NCBI GenBank assembly: GCA_963801605.1
Contig: CAWDFP010000007.1
Span: forward strand, 1-64,000
Direction of reading: 5' to 3'
DNA from: an uncultured candidate division Zixibacteria bacterium
GTDB lineage: Bacteria > Zixibacteria > MSB-5A5 > UBA10806
DNA length: 64,000 bases
Shown in pieces: positions 1-8,542 of the stretch. The translations under genes and the position numbers were made by a program. A model generated the notes under the pieces. The model was not told the DNA's origin. It saw nothing but the letters and a program-made list of their open reading frames with translations, and did not search any database. Each line of letters starts with the position of its first letter. The stretch's first letter is position 1.

Positions 1-1033
1 CCTGCGAAAGAAGATCGGTGCCCGGAGCAGTTCCCTTAATCTTCGACGCTCGATAAACAAATAAACCGTAGGATATCAAACCCAGAATAATCAGCGATGC
101 CCACAGAATATTATTGTATCCGAGATCGGTAAATGAGTGCACCGAAAAATCGGCCAACACGCCCGATCTGGTCAGGAATGTGCCATATACGATAAGCAGG
201 AATAGGGTGATCGCCAGAAAGAGGTTCATCCTTCGCCATGAGCCGCGGACTCTTTCCACGACCATGCCATGTACTAATGCAATTCCTATAAACCAGGGTA
301 TTGCCGAGGCGTTCTCTACGGGATCCCATGACCAGTACCCGCCCCAACCGAGCGTCTCATAAGCCCAGTATCCTCCGAGGAAAATACCGAGGCCCAGGGT
401 AACGACTGAAAGTACTGTCCAGGGCATCGTCCGTTTAACCCAATCGTCGTATTTATTAGTAGCCAGCGCCGCCATCGCGAATGCAAACGGTATACAAGCC
501 GCCGCAAAGCCCAAAAATACAATCGGTGGATGAATCTGCATCCAGTAGTTTTGAAGAAGCGGATTTAGTCCCTGACCATCCGCCGGAATAAAATCGAGTT
601 TTAAAAATGGTTTCGATACTAAGGCCAATACCAGCAAAAAGGCTTGAGCCAGTATATAGAAGAACATTACCCAGCCCTCGTTTTCCTTAGAGCGGGCTCT
701 TACCCAGATTCCCAAAAGCAGTCCGTAAACCAGCCAGAGTACAAAAGTGCCCTGCTGGCCCGCCCAGAGCGCGCTGAGCTTGAAGAAATGCGGGAACGTA
801 TTGGATAGATCGCGAGAGGAATATGACGCTACATAAGAATATTGAAATTTATCGGTCAGAAATAAAACCAGAAGATCGATAAATGCGATCCCCACCATTG
901 CCAATAGCACGCCATAAATTACTCTGGCGGTTAATTGATATTGTTTGGCGCCGACCGCAACCATGAAGTATCCCGCCATCGCCAGCACCAAAGGCACAAT
1001 CGCCCATGCCAGCGTGAAACTGCCTATATTCAT
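1..1033 (-). CDS. ccmF: Cytochrome c maturation heme lyase CcmF; 3' end runs off the left edge of the window
   Basis: Manual translation from ATG at 1033 (absent from ORF track): MNIGSFTLAW..., motifs LWAGQQGT, GLNPLLQNYWMQIHPP, WAYETLGWGGYWSWDPVENAS; directly downstream of ccmE. Confidence 0.93.
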   Translation of the reverse strand, partial: MNIGSFTLAWAIVPLVLAMAGYFMVAVGAKQYQLTARVIYGVLLAMVGIAFIDLLVLFLTDKFQYSYVASYSSRDLSNTFPHFFKLSALWAGQQGTFVLWLVYGLLLGIWVRARSKENEGWVMFFYILAQAFLLVLALVSKPFLKLDFIPADGQGLNPLLQNYWMQIHPPIVFLGFAAACIPFAFAMAALATNKYDDWVKRTMPWTVLSVVTLGLGIFLGGYWAYETLGWGGYWSWDPVENASAIPWFIGIALVHGMVVERVRGSWRRMNLFLAITLFLLIVYGTFLTRSGVLADFSVHSFTDLGYNNILWASLIILGLISYGLFVYRASKIKGTAPGTDLLSQ

Positions 1034-1090
1034 CTATGCCTCATTTTTGGGAAGATTTTGTATTGGGATTGATTTTCGAAAGGCCCTCAA

Positions 1091-1483
1091 CTATGTTCCT
1101 TGAGCTTTAGGTTGATCCTGATATTTCGAGGGGCATTTTATAAGAAGCTTTTCAGCATGAAAGGCATCACCATTATATCGGCCCACGCAAACCACGGACG
1201 TGGCCTGATCGAAATTGCCCGGTTTGGTGCCATCATAGAGGACCCTCATTTTATCGCCTTTATCATTGACGATATAAAATGAAAATGCGCCTGCCTGGGT
1301 ATCGTAGCTTGATTCCCCGGCCATGATTTCGCCGAGTACCTGCACGTTGCTCTTGGCGGCCCGTGCCTCGGTAAAGCCGACATAGGGCGTTACTCCGCCG
1401 CCTGTCACGAGCGACATGAGGCCCACTCCGGCGGCGATTATCACCACTCCTATCGCGATGCCGCGTTTCAAATTCTTATGCAT
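1091..1483 (-). CDS. ccmE: Heme chaperone CcmE, CxxxY (System I*) variant
   Basis: N-terminal TM helix, YDGTKPGNF...VVCVG pattern, C-terminal KCPSKY in place of HxxxY; position within ccm operon. Confidence 0.92.
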   Translation of the reverse strand: MHKNLKRGIAIGVVIIAAGVGLMSLVTGGGVTPYVGFTEARAAKSNVQVLGEIMAGESSYDTQAGAFSFYIVNDKGDKMRVLYDGTKPGNFDQATSVVCVGRYNGDAFHAEKLLIKCPSKYQDQPKAQGT

Positions 1484-1583
1484 CTTTATTAATCCTCTTA
1501 ACTTTCGAATCGAGCGATACCAGATAGAGCCATAAGGCTACCCAGCCTAAAAGCGCAACGCCCATCGGGATATAATTAGCCAC
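1476..1583 (-). CDS. ccmD: Small single-TM CcmD-like protein (35 aa)
   Basis: GTG start 2 nt after the ccmC stop; MANYIPMGVALLGWVALWLYLVSLDSKVKRINKDA; hydrophobic helix plus basic tail; stop overlaps ccmE start. Below ORF-track length cutoff. Confidence 0.8.
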   Translation of the reverse strand: MANYIPMGVALLGWVALWLYLVSLDSKVKRINKDA

Positions 1584-1585
1584 CC

Positions 1586-2242
1586 TTAACTCCTTTGTCC
1601 CAGTTCAGTGATATTTACGGAAAGTTTATTTATCCACAGAAATAGCCCCACATACGCCAACACTGATGGTATCAGGACGCTGGCCGTATGAAGGTTAAAT
1701 GTTATGATCGAGCCCTCGCTTGAACCGCTCGGCTTGGGCGCCCCCGGATGAAGCCCCGGCATGAGACGAGGCATTATAAATACAAAAAAGATGGTTGCCA
1801 CAAAACCGAATATCGAATACACCGCCGAAAGATTGGCCCGCTGATCGGGATCGGATATCGCCGAACGCAGCGCGAAGTAAGCCCCATATACCAGCAGCAA
1901 CATGAAGATCGATGTTTCTCTCGGGTCCCAGTTCCAGTACGAGCCCCAGGTGTTTTTGGCAAAGATTGAGCCTGATATCGCCGCTAAAACGCAGAAGATT
2001 ATTCCCAATCGTGCCGCGACGACCTCGCGCAAGTCATACTTGAGATCGCGTTTTGAAAGATATTTAATCGAATAATACATGCCCATTCCAAACGCTACCA
2101 CTGTAGTTATTGCCATGGGGAAATGGAAATAGATAATTCTGAAGACCTCCGGCCGGTCAATCACTGGTGTCGGCGGCGGAAATATCCAGGCGCCGATTAT
2201 CACCCAACTAATTACTAAGAGCAAAATTACTTTCCACCACAT
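1586..2242 (-). CDS. ccmC: Heme exporter/heme-handling protein CcmC
   Basis: WWD motif TWGSYWNWDPRETS, conserved His in IYFHFP and GLHP, multi-TM. Confidence 0.93.
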   Translation of the reverse strand: MWWKVILLLVISWVIIGAWIFPPPTPVIDRPEVFRIIYFHFPMAITTVVAFGMGMYYSIKYLSKRDLKYDLREVVAARLGIIFCVLAAISGSIFAKNTWGSYWNWDPRETSIFMLLLVYGAYFALRSAISDPDQRANLSAVYSIFGFVATIFFVFIMPRLMPGLHPGAPKPSGSSEGSIITFNLHTASVLIPSVLAYVGLFLWINKLSVNITELGQRS

Positions 2243-2376
2243 ATTCGCTGTCCCTTAAACTTTCCCCATTTAGTATATGTTTCTGTCCTAATTAGATTAT
2301 TTATTAATAAAAGTCAATATCAAAAGCGTTCAACATCGCACAATAAGTCTTAGTTCATTATGATGTTATGCCTCGC

Positions 2377-3084
2377 TTAGTCGTTCCAAACAGCTTCGAA
2401 AAGAATAAATTCCAGCACTCCCATCACAACTAAATAAGACGCTAAAACTTGTATTTCGATCCGGGCATCCGCGAAACCGATACCCGGCGCCATCGCTTTT
2501 TTAGTACCGGATATAGCCTCAATTAATAACGGCAGCACCAATGGAAATGATAAAACCGCAAAGAGCGCTCCCTTCACCGATGCTTTAGAAATGATTGCCG
2601 CCACTAACGTAGTCACTACCACCAAACCCAGCGAACCCATGGCAATCATGGTCAAAAATAATGGCAAATTTGCCACATCGAAACCAATGAATATACCAAA
2701 TAATGGAATGGTGATCAGATTGAGCACTATCAACAATACCAAATTAAATAGAAGTTTGCCTCCGAGCACAACTTCGGCCGGGCTATAGAGGCGAAGCGCC
2801 GTTGCCGTATGAGATTCCTCTTCCTTTACAAAGCTTTGCGAAAGCCCCGATAGCGACGAAAAATATATCACGATCCAGAGCAGCGAGGCCTGTAAAACAG
2901 GGGAGAGGCCGGCTCCTCCCACTGCCCAGGAGACCGCGAAGACCGTTACGATGGCGAACATCAGGATGGCGTTGATCGCATAGCGGGTACGAAGTTCGCT
3001 TTTGATATCCTTGAGGAATACCGCCGCCGATTTTTTAACCGAGCCTGATGATCTGGTCTCCATACTCCAATTCCGTTTTTTCAT
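2377..3084 (-). CDS. ccmB: Heme exporter permease CcmB (start may be 3063)
   Basis: KDIKSELRTR N-terminus, SFVKEEE motif, LSFPLVLPLL; ~6 TM; overlaps ccmA. Confidence 0.9.
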   Translation of the reverse strand: MKKRNWSMETRSSGSVKKSAAVFLKDIKSELRTRYAINAILMFAIVTVFAVSWAVGGAGLSPVLQASLLWIVIYFSSLSGLSQSFVKEEESHTATALRLYSPAEVVLGGKLLFNLVLLIVLNLITIPLFGIFIGFDVANLPLFLTMIAMGSLGLVVVTTLVAAIISKASVKGALFAVLSFPLVLPLLIEAISGTKKAMAPGIGFADARIEIQVLASYLVVMGVLEFILFEAVWND

Positions 3085-3646
3085 TGGTGGCGATAACTAC
3101 TATTCCCGGGTGCGATTTAATAATCTTATCTACAATTTCCTTGCCCCGTTCATCGAGATTGGCCGTCGGTTCATCGAGAAGCAAAAGCTCCGGGTCTCGA
3201 AGCAGCGCCAGGCAATATTTGAGCCGTTGTTTCATACCCGAGGAATACGATCCAACCAAATCGTCGCCTCGTCCATCTAGACCTATGGTTGCCAGCCGAT
3301 CGCCTAATTCGGTCTTTTCAAAATGATATCCTGCGACTCCGGCAAAAAATGCCAGATTTTCAAGCGCAGTGAGTTCATCATAAAGCACCAGATCAGGGGA
3401 GACCAGGCCGAGATGAGGACGCATTTCCAGATGAGATAATTTCCGATCACCAATTTCGAGAATCACTTTTCCTTTGGTGGGACGATTTAGCGCGCAGAGT
3501 ATTCGCACCAACGTTGATTTACCGGAACCGTTTGGTCCGGTTATTACCAGTCGGTGTCCTTTTTCGACAGTGGCCGAAATTCCCGAAAAAACGGGTCGGC
3601 CAGGATAAGACTTGGCCAACCCGTCTATTAGTAATCGAACTTCCAT
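3035..3646 (-). CDS. ccmA: Heme exporter ABC ATPase CcmA
   Basis: Walker A GPNGSGKST, signature YSSGMKQR, Walker B LLLLDEP, LTALENL; upstream of ccmB. Confidence 0.9.
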   Translation of the reverse strand: MEVRLLIDGLAKSYPGRPVFSGISATVEKGHRLVITGPNGSGKSTLVRILCALNRPTKGKVILEIGDRKLSHLEMRPHLGLVSPDLVLYDELTALENLAFFAGVAGYHFEKTELGDRLATIGLDGRGDDLVGSYSSGMKQRLKYCLALLRDPELLLLDEPTANLDERGKEIVDKIIKSHPGIVVIATNEKTELEYGDQIIRLG

Positions 3647-3697
3647 TAACGCAATTAAACTAAAAATCTCATCCTTTCTCAAGCGAAAAGATCGGGA

Positions 3698-4753
3698 TTA
3701 CTTCTCTCCATGACAATAACCGCAGAAACCGCGTCCGGGCACACCGGTTCTGAAATGGCAACGATAACATTGGAAACCGGGATCGTCGTGCCAGGGGCCG
3801 TGCCCGATATCGGTGGTGATATTTGAACTATGCGGTGACGGATTGTTGCCGCGGATGCCATCGAAATCGCTATGGCAGCCGGGTTGTGAGCAGGTGCCGT
3901 CCGGTTCATCATGGCAAGCCGCGCATGATTCCATATCCTTTTGAGCTTCAGCCGCGTGTGTCGACGGATTGGTTCTCGGACTCCAGTTGGGCGAGAGATG
4001 ACTGAGCGGCATATTGCCTTCCTGCTGATGGCAAGGCTCGCAGAAGGATTGATTATCGTGGCAACTCTGGCATTGGGCTTCTTTACCCTTGGCATCGAGA
4101 GCATGGTTGAAACGGTAATTCAGATCATGAACAAAACCGGTCAGATTATCGCCTGCGTGGCAATCGCTGCAAAAAGTCTCCGCTTGATGGCAGGGACTGC
4201 AGTTCTTGCTGTCTTTGGCATTAGCGTCGAACTTGTGCGAATGACGATAATCGACAGGATGCATCTCCGCTTTCATCTCGTCCGATCTCGAATGGCAAAT
4301 TTTACAATCCGCTGTCGCTTTGGCGTTGTCATGGCATCGGAAACATTTTTGCATCGAGGGGAAATTCAACTCGCCAAGCGGGCCTTTGGTTTTATCCACT
4401 TTATGATGGCAGGATAGGCAAACCTTGTTTCCCAGATCATTGCCGAGATGACCCTTGTGCGAAAAGATAACTTCCTGATTCTGCAAGGTCACGCCTGTCG
4501 GAGCGTTGGGGTTTTTGTGGCACAGCTTGCAATCATCGGGGGCTTTTTCCACCGAATGGCACTGCGAGCACACATCGTGGCCGGGAATATTGTGATCGGA
4601 TGACATCGTACTCTGAGCCACGTCATGACAGGTTTGGCATTCAATATCGCGTTGGCTGACATGAGCGAAGTGATTGAACATGACGCCTGAATTTACCGGC
4701 ACATAGGCGGCAATAGCCAGCCCGCATATCAGATTGTAGATTATCGGCATCAT
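3698..4753 (-). CDS. Multiheme cytochrome c, 13 CxxCH plus 1 CxxxxCH (about 14 hemes), cytochrome c3/c7-like repeats
   Basis: CQTCH, CSQCH, CKLCH, CLSCH, CFRCH, CKICH, CSPCH, CSDCH, CQSCH, CEPCH, CAACH, CSQPGCH, CYRCH, CGYCH; FNHxxH/FSHxxH distal-ligand motifs; short hydrophobic N-terminus. Confidence 0.95.
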   Translation of the reverse strand: MMPIIYNLICGLAIAAYVPVNSGVMFNHFAHVSQRDIECQTCHDVAQSTMSSDHNIPGHDVCSQCHSVEKAPDDCKLCHKNPNAPTGVTLQNQEVIFSHKGHLGNDLGNKVCLSCHHKVDKTKGPLGELNFPSMQKCFRCHDNAKATADCKICHSRSDEMKAEMHPVDYRHSHKFDANAKDSKNCSPCHQAETFCSDCHAGDNLTGFVHDLNYRFNHALDAKGKEAQCQSCHDNQSFCEPCHQQEGNMPLSHLSPNWSPRTNPSTHAAEAQKDMESCAACHDEPDGTCSQPGCHSDFDGIRGNNPSPHSSNITTDIGHGPWHDDPGFQCYRCHFRTGVPGRGFCGYCHGEK

Positions 4754-5988
4754 CGCCCATCACCTCCTATAGACTCACTGATTGTCTTTCTGAAAAAGTA
4801 TTCCAGTCTCAAATAAAACCGCGAATCATATTTATAATCTCTGTTGGAAAGCAGCTGAACTTCGGCCCTGGTTTGCAAACCATTTACTATGGTGAAATAT
4901 GTGCCAAGCGCTCCCGCCAGGCTGGGGGTATAATCATCTTCCAGCGGATCGATCATATAATTGAACATATCGCCGTGAAGATAAACCTGCAGCGATTTAT
5001 TTACATTGCAGGAGAAAGAACCGAATGCCCCATATTGGTATCCGCCATAGCCGTCGGCATATATGAATCCGGCCGATTGCCCCTTATAACTGGCGCCTAA
5101 AGACATCCTGAAGTTTTGGTCGCTGATATAATCGGTGTAAGCAAAGGAAGTCAATACATAAGTATTGGGGCCAACTTTTAGCGTTGGAGATAGCCTGTAC
5201 TGGTTAAACGGCTTGCTTTTGAACACCGAAAACATATTGTGCAGCGGAAGATACGTTCCCCGATATAGATATTCGAAACTAACGGAATGTCCCTCAGGCG
5301 ATCTTAGGGTTGGGCGAATTGTAAGAAGTCTGAGCTTTTTGAAGAAAAAGTCGTAATCCCCTCGTCCAAATAAGCCGCAATGATTTTCGGAATATGCCAG
5401 GTCCAGCCCGCCGATTTGCGAATCGAGATTTTTTAAGTAATTTCTTTGCTGGAACGATGCTCCGAATACCCAATGGGTTAATCCACCGAATTTTAACCGC
5501 CCGCCATAAGCGTTGCCCTTGTTCCAGGAATTGACCTCATCGAGATCATAAAATGTCAATCCCGGCGTGGTTCCGGCATATCCGGTAAGTGTGAGGCCGC
5601 CCCTATGCGAGAGATCGATCTTAACGCCATCCAGCGTTAGCGCCCCTACACCCGCCGAGACAAACTGCCGCCCGGCTCGAGCCGTGATCCACCTGGCCCG
5701 CGAGTATTCCAAATAGGCGCCAAATACTCTTAGGTCGGGATCGCTGGCAAACTTATGCTGCAGATCCGATGCTACTCTGCCCCTCACGAAAAGCGATAAT
5801 CCGGGGATAAAAGCATCCCGTACTCCCAGTCGCAACCCTTCCAATGAACGTAACTGCGATTGCGTCTGCGGCAGCTTGATTTTGTAGGAGTACAACTCAG
5901 CCCAGGCGCCGGCATCTATTACCGCCGCCAGGGAAGGGACAGCAGCCAGCCAGACTAAAATGAAAACCGTTAAAAATTTTTTCCGCAT
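4750..5988 (-). CDS. Putative outer-membrane beta-barrel (porin-like) protein
   Basis: ATG 5988 after a GGAGGGAG RBS; Sec signal MRKKFLTVFILVWLAAVPSLA; aromatic/Gly-rich alternating strands (ITARAGRQFV, LDGVKIDLS, FYLRLEYFF near the C-terminus); ATGA overlap with the cytochrome gene. Confidence 0.7.
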   Translation of the reverse strand: MRKKFLTVFILVWLAAVPSLAAVIDAGAWAELYSYKIKLPQTQSQLRSLEGLRLGVRDAFIPGLSLFVRGRVASDLQHKFASDPDLRVFGAYLEYSRARWITARAGRQFVSAGVGALTLDGVKIDLSHRGGLTLTGYAGTTPGLTFYDLDEVNSWNKGNAYGGRLKFGGLTHWVFGASFQQRNYLKNLDSQIGGLDLAYSENHCGLFGRGDYDFFFKKLRLLTIRPTLRSPEGHSVSFEYLYRGTYLPLHNMFSVFKSKPFNQYRLSPTLKVGPNTYVLTSFAYTDYISDQNFRMSLGASYKGQSAGFIYADGYGGYQYGAFGSFSCNVNKSLQVYLHGDMFNYMIDPLEDDYTPSLAGALGTYFTIVNGLQTRAEVQLLSNRDYKYDSRFYLRLEYFFRKTISESIGGDGR

Positions 5989-6235
5989 TCTCCCTCCATT
6001 TTTCGGCTTTTTATTAGATAGAAACAGTTTTGTCAATCATTATCATTAGTATATTTTATCGGCAATCCTCTTATGATGCATGAGGCGGGCCGTCTGCCCG
6101 TCGTAACTTATTGTCAGCATTACCCATCAACCAGGACTAAATGGATTGATATTGGTATACAATCAAGCGGTAAGGACAGTCAAGAAAAAAGGAAACAATG
6201 ATTAAAAAAGAGATGTTTGATACATATGGCATATT

Positions 6236-6253
6236 TTGTGAAATTAATCACTT
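6236..6253. promoter_or_regulatory. Rex/CRP-family-like operator overlapping a -35 element
   Basis: TTGTGAA-ATTA-ATCACTT versus Rex consensus TTGTGAA-N4-TTCACAA; overlaps TTGACA at 6252-6257. Confidence 0.5.
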
Positions 6254-6282
6254 GACAAAAGAATAATGCGAACCGATATTAT
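6252..6282 (+). promoter_or_regulatory. Sigma70-type promoter for the FeS-NrfD-cytochrome operon
   Basis: TTGACA (6252-6257) followed by GATATT at 17 nt or TATTAT at 19 nt spacing. Confidence 0.5.
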
Positions 6283-6385
6283 TATCGAAAACAGGGCTAA
6301 ACCTGACCGTGGAGTAGGATAAAAAAGGATATGAAATCCTCGCAAAAATACCCGAAACTTTTGATTTGAATCTTTTGAGGATTAC

Positions 6386-7289
6386 GTGGATATTAAACGA
6401 CGGGATTTCCTGAAACTCACAGCGGCCGCCTCAACTGCCTTAATTGGCGGCGAGGCATTAGCGGCCGGCCACAAAGCCGCAGAGGCTTCCCCGGATGCTG
6501 TTGGCGTTTTAATCGACACCACCATTTGTATTGGATGTCGCAAATGCGAATGGGCCTGCAATCAAATTAATAAACTTCCCAGCCAGGATATAAAAGCTTT
6601 TGACGATAAATCGGTTTTTGGCGTACATCGCCGGCCAACCGATGCGGCTTATACTATTGTAAATACTTATCCTGACGCTAAAGCTCCCGAAAAACAACGC
6701 TATATAAAGATTCAATGCATGCACTGTGTCGATCCCGCTTGTGCCTCTGCCTGTATCGTAGGGGCTTTTCGGAAGACAGATAAGGGACCGGTAACTTATG
6801 ATGCCTGGAAATGTATGGGATGCCGCTATTGCATGGTGGCTTGTCCTTTCCAGATTCCAGCTTATGAATATAAGAATGCTCTTACGCCTCAAGTTAGAAA
6901 ATGCATGTTTTGCAGCGAACGCGTTATTAATGAGGGCAAAAAACCGGCTTGCGTCGAGATCTGCCCCAATGAGGCCCTGACTTTCGGAACCAGAAGAGAG
7001 CTTCTTGAATCTGGCCCACGAGCGTATTAAGACGATGCCTGAACGATATATCGATCATGTTTATGGCGAAAATGAAGTCGGCGGTACCAGTTGGATGTAT
7101 CTGACAAGTGTTGATTTTATGCAGACCGAACTTCCCAGGCTTGAATCCCGTCCTATCCCCGAAACCACTGAGAGCATTCAGCACGGCGTATTCAAATCGT
7201 TTGTGCCTCCTATTGCGCTTTACGGCCTGCTGGCGCTGGCGATGCATTCGTTCAGGAAAAAAGGTGGAGATGATAATGAGCACGAGTGA
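6386..7289 (+). CDS. Tat-exported 4Fe-4S dicluster protein, HybA/HmcB/NrfC-like; one apparent frameshift near 7009
   Basis: KRRDFLK Tat motif; CIGCRKCEWAC, CMHCVDPACASAC, CMGCRYCMVACP, KCMFC...PACVEICP; C-terminal YGENEVGGT and TESIQH plus TM helix lie in a second frame (ORF 7005-7289). Confidence 0.9.
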
Positions 7290-8538
7290 GACAGCCGCCC
7301 CCATAAGGCAACCGTTCTTTACCACCGGGACTAAAATCCTGGCCGCGATTGCAGGTATCGGGGCGATGGCATATATTTACAGGCTCATTTTCGGTTTAGG
7401 CGCCGCGACTAATCTTAACAATCAATATCCCTGGGGAATCTGGATTTCAATTGATGTAGCTACCGGCGTTGCCCTCGCTGCCGGCGGATTTACCAGCGCT
7501 GCCCTGGTGCATATTTTCCATCGCGAACGATTTCATGCCGTAGTTCGTCCCGCTCTACTGACTGCCATGCTGGGCTACACTTTTGTTGTCATCGGCCTTC
7601 TGGCCGATCTTGGCCGCTACTACAACGTCTGGCATCCGATGATCCCGATAATGTGGCAGGGGAATTCGGTGCTGTTCGAGGTCGGTATTTGCGTCATGAT
7701 ATATCTTACTGTTCTTTATATAGAATTTGTGCCGATTGTCGTGGAACGTTTCAAGGGACGAGTCAAACTTCCCGGCGTATTGAGTGCCTTCGATAAATTG
7801 AGCGAATTCCTCATTAGAATCTCAGAAAAAACCTTAGTTAGATTTATTTCGATATTTATTATCGCCGGCGTAGTGTTATCCTGTTTGCATCAATCGTCGC
7901 TGGGCACCTTGATGTTAATCGCCCCAACCAAGATGCATCCGCTCTGGTACACTCCGATTTCGCCGCTTCTATTTTTGCTGTCTGCTATAGCGGTTGGTTT
8001 CCCAATGGTTATTTTCGAATCGCTCTTAGCGTCGCGGTCTTTCAAACTGAAACCCGAGATAAAAGTCTTGTCCGGGATCGCGGCTTATATCCCGGTGCTG
8101 TTGGGCCTTTATCTGGTCGTTAAAATTGTGGACTTAACCTTAAGGGATGCCTGGCCGTATGTGCTTGAAGGTTCGGCCCAGTCGACAATGTTTATCATTG
8201 AGCTTACGATTGGAGTGATAATCCCGATTATTCTGCTTTCGATAAGAAAGAATCGCGAAAAAATCGGCATGCTGTTTTTGTCTTCGGCCCTGGTTATTTT
8301 AGGAGTTGCCCTGAATCGAATCGATGTCTTCCTGGTTGCTTACAAACCGCTTTATGCGGCCCATACATATTACCCGTCGATATTTGAAATTGCTGTGACG
8401 ACGGGATTGGTTTGCGCGCTGGCACTCGTTTACCGTGCTATAGTGATGATATTTCCCGTTATCGAGGCGCCGCATCATGACATCTTATCCGAAATCAGGT
8501 CGGATTCGAGAATGCTGGCTGATGTTAGTGAGGGATGA
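7276..8538 (+). CDS. NrfD/PsrC-family integral membrane quinol-interacting subunit (HybB/HmcC-like)
   Basis: YPWGIWISIDVATGVALAAGGF, DLGRYYN, SVLFEV, LHQSSLG, HPLW, NRIDV motifs; ~10 TM. Confidence 0.92.
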   Translation: MSTSETAAPIRQPFFTTGTKILAAIAGIGAMAYIYRLIFGLGAATNLNNQYPWGIWISIDVATGVALAAGGFTSAALVHIFHRERFHAVVRPALLTAMLGYTFVVIGLLADLGRYYNVWHPMIPIMWQGNSVLFEVGICVMIYLTVLYIEFVPIVVERFKGRVKLPGVLSAFDKLSEFLIRISEKTLVRFISIFIIAGVVLSCLHQSSLGTLMLIAPTKMHPLWYTPISPLLFLLSAIAVGFPMVIFESLLASRSFKLKPEIKVLSGIAAYIPVLLGLYLVVKIVDLTLRDAWPYVLEGSAQSTMFIIELTIGVIIPIILLSIRKNREKIGMLFLSSALVILGVALNRIDVFLVAYKPLYAAHTYYPSIFEIAVTTGLVCALALVYRAIVMIFPVIEAPHHDILSEIRSDSRMLADVSEG

Positions 8539-8542
8539 GAAT

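Noticed and set aside
3679..4417. Alternative-frame and antisense ORFs within the cytochrome gene, and similar ones throughout (e.g. 8552-9043, 24961-25551, 47487-48026, 57536-58099)
   Set aside because: They lie over well-supported genes and show no recognisable motifs.
6290..6350. c-di-GMP-I riboswitch-like start (ACAGGGCTAAACC)
   Set aside because: It lacks the GNRA-capped P2 stem and the GCAAAG/P3 elements.
6386..8538. Calling the operon hydrogenase-2 (hybAB)
   Set aside because: No NiFe large or small subunit or maturation gene is present; the partner is a multiheme cytochrome.
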